DNA of 64,000 bases. Source: a virus. Positions within the stretch are counted from its first letter, which is position 1. Each line of letters opens with the position of its first letter. A program made the position numbers and the translations under genes. The stretch spans positions 26,045 to 90,044 of IMG/VR virus record IMGVR_UViG_3300044818_000015; one strand, written 5' to 3'. Shown here one piece after another: positions 19,301 through 25,300 of the stretch. The notes beneath the pieces are model-generated. The model ran no database searches and was not told the origin of the DNA. It saw nothing but the letters and a program-made list of their open reading frames with translations.

Positions 19301-22300
19301 CGTCATAGTCCAGGCGCACTGCGGCTTTGTGCCGATCGTCAAATAGCCGAATACGATTCGCTCCTGAACGCTTTTCATCCACCTGCATCTTCGGAAAGAA
19401 CTCCGGGAGCTCGGCAAGAATTGCGGTGCGGCCCTTAGCCACCAGCTTGGCGACGCCCTCTCCGTCCTCGAAGTCCTTTTCTGGCGTGCCCGACTTTCCC
19501 CAGATGATGTCCACGTCCCCGAGGCGGGGGTCCGGGTGATATAGTGCCGCTACCGCGTCACCGGTCTCATGTTCGAGGAGCCACGAGATCGCGCCTTTGG
19601 CGTCGTGGTGGAACTGCCGGAGAATCGGCCCGTGCGATCCCATTTCTGGCTGATCTGTCCTCCGCGAGTACTGTGGTTTGTCGTCTTCCTCCAGCAGCGC
19701 CTTCATGCGATCGCGCGCTTCCTTGCCGGCATCGGCGAGCGGATTGGCTTTGGCGGGCGGCGCGGCCTTCTTCGGAGCGGACGGGTGATTTGGCGGGAAT
19801 TTGGATTTCGGGGCGGGGGTTGCCGTGCTTGCGTCAACGGTGACGACCTTGCCGCTGTCTCTCACGGCCAGGGTGAAGGCGGGCTCCTGGTCGCCGTGGT
19901 TGTCGATGCGCAATACCTCGCCAGAATGCGCGGTACCGCCAGGCCCGTTGAAAGTCACCCTTCCGCCGATAGGAAACCGCTTTTCCATGTCGGCCGTAGT
20001 GGCGCGAGCCGTGCCGCGCTTCGCCGCAATTGCGGCAGCCGCGGCGTCGACGGCCTCTTGCTCTTCGTCGGAGATCTCGGGCTCGGCGGGCTTTCCGGAA
20101 GCGAGCGCCTTGAGATCGGAGATCTGGCCCCGGAGAAACTGCTTATTCTCCTCACCAGCCGCCGCGGCGTCTTCCAGAATGGATTCGGCTATGGCGATGT
20201 CACCCCGGATCTCGGCGCGGGCATCCGCCCGGGCTCCAGCCGAATCGGAGCTGAGTGTCAACTCCCACTGCTTTTGTTTCTCGAAGAGGCTGTCGATGAT
20301 ATTGGCGAGCGCTAATTCGGCCTCGTTTTTAGCCCTGTGTTCCTTTTGAAGCTGGTCTTCGAGATTGGCCGTGTGCTTCTTGCTGATAGGGATCTTCTCG
20401 GCGGTGGTCAGGTCTTCCGTCACTGGCGCGGGAGCCACCGGTCCGGTCTTCGGCGCTCCGAACGCCTTGGCGAATTCCTCGACCGGATCCGGTTGCTCGA
20501 AGAACGATTCCGCGGTGGAGCGTTCCACATAGGCGCGGACCATCTTGGCGATCGCGGTGCCGGAATCCTTGCGCAGGATGCCGGCCAGGTGCTCCGCCCG
20601 CGGCGTCGTCTCCGGCCGCTGGCTGCCGAACATCTCGGGCTGGTCCTTGGCAAGCTGGCTGTTGGCGTCGAATCCGTGCGCCTTCTTGTAGTCGGCCTCG
20701 TATTCGATCAGCGCCGTGGCCTGGCGGACGTCGGGTGAAAGCGTCCAATCCGGACGCGCTTCGATGATGCGCAATAGGGGGGCAATGCGCTCCAGTTTGT
20801 TGCGCAGCGCGGGGGCGATGCGCTTAAACTGGTCGCTGTCTTCGAACAGGCTGCCCATCACCAGCTTGGCTACGCGCTCCTTGGCGGCCTTGGTGACCGC
20901 GCCGCTGGTCGAATCGAAAAGGACGGGCCGCTCCTCTTCGGTAAAAATGCCTTCGCTGATGAGCCGGTTGACGATGCTCGGGCCCATCTTCGAGTTCATG
21001 ATGTCGTTGAGCGAATCATCGGGACCGAAGGATTCGAGGACGGAGGCGAGATACTTCGCCAACTCCGGGGTGATGCTGCGGGCGTCTTCCGTTGCCTGTT
21101 CGGCAGTCGAGAGCTTTGCCGTGGGTACTTTGTTGAGGTCGGCGATTGCGCGTTGCTTGTCGATAGTGTCGTCGGCGATAACGCGGAACAGGCCCGGCTT
21201 TTTGAATCCGTCTATCCCGGCGGGATCGATACCGAACATGGGGGCGCGCTTCCTGAGCCGCTCCTGGTACCGCTTGGCAAGTTCAGGAATCTTGTAGGCG
21301 CGCTTCAGGGTGATGAGCCGGTTGTTGCCACCGAGGGCGTTGCCTACGTCCTCAATGACGGAGGGGCCGTTGATCGCGTCGGGGTTGTCATTGATGAGAT
21401 AAGCCTCATCGAAGAAGGCGGGCAGGCTGTTTTGGATCGGACGGGCCCGGTTCAGCTCGTCGCTGTAATCTCGGCCGTTAACGTATGGATAGTCGGGGTC
21501 TTCTTCGAAAGTAAAAGGATCGTGGCTGGGGCGAACGTCGTCTATTTCTCGGATGGAGTAATAGGCTTCGTAGGGGAGGGCTCTTCCCTTGACACGAATT
21601 TGCGTCCGTTCGCCTTTAATCTCTTTTCGGCCTGTTGGAGGCGGTTCAGGAAGCGATTCTCCTTCGTCTCCACGCTGTCCTCGGGCTGAACGTGTTTCAT
21701 CGGATGGCTCCTCTACTATAGGCGTTTTGTCGGCTGGGGGTTTTTCTTGTATTGAACCTTCCTCAGATGTGGCGGTCGGTCCAGCGGCTTCGGTGGTTGT
21801 GGCAGGCCGGATGCGCTCCCAGTAAACGGTGGCTTCAACGTCGTCATCGTCGAATTTGACGCGAATGCCGTCCCGCGTCTTCGTGTTGGCAAAGCGTTTG
21901 AGGTCGACCATTTTGACCACTGCCGGGCGGTCGGGCTTCTCGCCGGGGATGCTTACCAGGACGTGCTGGCCCACCGCGAAATCGTGGATGCCGGCGGGCT
22001 TCTTCAGATCCGGATAGTCGGCCAACACTTCCGGCGGTATGGTCTCGCCAACGTTCATTGCCTTCCGGATCGCGGCCTCATGGCGCCGGGAGAGTTCCGT
22101 TGTCGGGACGCGGGCGGCGCCGTAGCGCTCCGGATCGCGCAATTCTCCTTGAATCATCTGCGCAAAATCGTTGCCGGGGTTGTTGTAGTCGCCGTAGGTA
22201 TCAGCGAGCGCGTTATGGCGCGCAGTCGTATCGCGACTGTGGTTCAGGAGGTCGGCCAGTTCCCGGTAGGGCAACTCCCAGGCGTGTTTGCCCTCGGCGG

Positions 22301-25300
22301 CGGGCTTCTTCTGGCCGCCCCACTCGCGGCCCTTGGCGGATGGCTCAAATTCGGGGATGCCGCCCAGCTCGGCGATGACCGCGGCGTGGTCGATCTTCTT
22401 CGCGGTGGCGCGCTTCCGGAATTCGGCGAGCTTCGCCTGCGCTTCCTCGATTCGCTTGTCGCGATCGCTGATGTTCTCCCACGTCTCCCATTCGTAGCGG
22501 CCCTGGCCGGCGAATTGGGCATCGGCCTCGCGGGCGTGCTTCAGGGAGTCCGCAATTTTCTGGAGAGCGTTGAGCGAGAGCTTGACCGATTGTTTGACGC
22601 GCTCGGGAACTTCTTCGGGCGCGTGCTGTGGCGCTTCGGCGGGAGGCGCATCGCCGGACGCGGGCGCGGGGGTTCCGCGCTTCTTCGCGATCGCCGCGGC
22701 TGCCGCATCGATGGCTTCCTGTTCCTCTTCGGAAACTCCTGCCTCGACGGGCTTCTTGTCTGCCAGCGGGTGTTGCGGGGGAAGCGTCTGCTTCTTCGGC
22801 GGGGCGGGTGGCTTTGGCTTTACGGCGGCCTTCCAGAGGTGATCGTGCGATGGCACCTGAATCACGCCGGGCTTGGCGTCCTTCGCGATGCCTTTGATGC
22901 TGTCTCGGACCGCCACACCACCGGTGCGGATCTCCGCTTCCTTCAGCCCGGTGTGCTGTGCGACGAAATCGACGTACTTCTGATCGTGCTTCGAGGGAGT
23001 CTTCTGAGCTGCAATGTACGCGGCCTTGTCCAGGTCGTTCTCGAATTCCAGGGTGAACTGTTTCGGCCCGTAGCTGTAGCGCGGGGCGGCTCCCTGGAGA
23101 GCATGCGGGAGGATGGCGGGAGTTGCAGATTGTGGCTGTTCAGCCACATTACTTACTTGACTAAGCTCTGGTTTTTCTTCGGGCGCCGGCGTCTCGTTTT
23201 GGAGGGGAGGCACATCGCCGGACGACGGCTGCGCTTCCGCCGCGGGCTTCCCTGTTAGCGGGATTTCGACTATCTTGCCGTCTTTTCCGCTGAACGTGAG
23301 CGAATCGAGGGTGATCGTTCGTCCGGTGACGTTGCGAATGATGCTCCCGTCGTATAACTCGCGGTGTGTCCCTGGCTTCAGGTAGGCGATGGTGACGTGT
23401 GGCTTATAAGTGGGGAATGTGTTGCCGGTGTGGTCGACGGCATCGCCGACCAGCTTATTCAGCTCGTGCAGCTCGGGCGAGTCTACGTCTACCTTGAGGA
23501 CGTCCGGTCCGCCGTCCGTACCCTTAAATATGGAGGTCTTGCCGAAGGTGACGGTGATCGGTCCTTGCCCTTTCAGAATTTCCTGAATCGGAGTGGGGTC
23601 CGCGCTGGGGTTGCCGTATTTGACGGTGACGTGTATTTCCTTCTCGCGGCCGTCGCTGGCGTCGCCTCCGGTTTTCTCCCCTGCTTCAACGTGTAAATGC
23701 TCATCGGGGATGGCGGCGCCGAACTTGCGCACTGCATCCGCGATATCCTCCGGCATGTTGACCTGGGTAGAAGAGTAGTCGTGAGTTTGAGGGGCAGTAT
23801 CATCATTTGATACCGGCGCTGCTTTCTCTTCGGGCGCGGGCTTCGGCTTGCCGGCCGCGGGCCGCGCCATGGCGGCGTCCACGTCGGCACGCAGGGCATT
23901 GTCGAGCGATTCGTATGGTTTACCGTGCCGCGCCATCGCAACGCGATCGCGGGCGATGCTCTCCGGCGTTGCTTCGGGCGCGGCAGCCGCGGGTTTCGGC
24001 GGCACGTCGTCGGCACCGTCATCCGGCTTCGGCGGTTTCGGTGGCACGTCATCCGGCTTCGGTGGTTTCGGCGGAACATCATCGGGCTTTGGCGGTTTCG
24101 GCGGAACGTCCCTCTTGCCGGTCCGTTGGAATTCCTTCTCGAGAATGGAATACGCCGCTTGGTTGCGCCGGAAGATAGCCGGGTCGACGCCGGGGTTTCT
24201 GTCCGGATGGGACGCCATCGCGGCCTTGCGGTACGCGGCGCGCACCTCTTCGAACGTCGCGTTTCGGTCGACGCCTAGAATATCGCGGGCTTGGTCCTGG
24301 GAAAACTCCGGAGATCCGCGGGGCCGTCTCTGTCGCCGGGCGTCATCCTCCTCACGCTGGCGCTTTTGCCGGGCTTCTGATTCCTCACGTTCGCGCTTGA
24401 GTTTGGCTTCATATTCCGCTCGCCTTCGCGCGGAGGCATCTGCGCTTTGGTCCGGAGGTGGCTTCTTGGTGCCATCGCGTGCGGCCGTTGTCTCCTCATA
24501 CATCTGCCACATGCGTTCGTCGGTGTACTGGTGGCCGCTGGCGGGGTCTTCCCACATCCCTTGCGCGTTTTTCTTATAGAGGTTGTCGCGCCATGTCTCG
24601 TAGGGGCCGGGCTTGTAGCCGTCGTCGGGTGGGGGCTTCTTGGGTCCGCCGCCGCCTTCCCGCTTAAACTTCTCAAAGAGGGACTCTTCGTCAAATTCAT
24701 TGCCGTTAGTTCGGTCCTTTGACTGCCAGCGATCTTCGGTACCGTGTTGCTCGTAAAACTTGTCTCGCCACGCATTAAATTCTGGGTCGGGGGCGCCGCC
24801 CCTTTGCTCGCTGCGTCCATGGGTGCCAAAGCGTTGGTTATACTCAGCGTGCAGCGCTTCATCGGTGAAGGTGTTGCCCGCAGTGTCTTCCCAAGTGCCT
24901 TGCGCCGTCTGCTTGTAGTTCTTATTGCGCCAGTCTGAGTAGAAGTTTCTAAATCGGTTGGGGCCCGTGCCGTGGGAGCCAGGGTCGCCGCTATCCGGTG
25001 GGGGCTCGTCAACGATTTTCTCTGCTTCGCCGGGCTTGAACTTGAAATTGAAGATGTCGCCGAGTTTCTTCTCGATGGCGGTAAGCACCTTTTCGCGGTA
25101 TTCCGGACCGGCCGCGTGGACAAAGGGCAACAGGGTCATGGCGGCATGGCCCACCAGGTCGCCGGCCGTGGCTGGCGACGGGTCTTGCTTGAAGCGCTCA
25201 TACACTTCAGGTAGGTCTTTCGCCATAGTGGTGGCGAAATATGCATCGACGCCCGCCCGCACCGAATCCGGTATCCCTGGCAGCCTTAGTCCCGCGATGG

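Noticed and set aside
17304-19346. 680-aa plus-strand ORF and other long antisense ORFs over the giant gene
   Set aside because: Typical antisense shadow of a GC-rich gene; no motifs, while the minus frame has clear MTase and nuclease motifs
22943-23149. 68-aa +1-frame ORF after an AT-rich patch
   Set aside because: No convincing SD and off-frame-like composition
24275-25123. 282-aa +1-frame ORF as another nested gene
   Set aside because: S/T/R/P-rich composition typical of an off-frame read; the main frame there is protein-like
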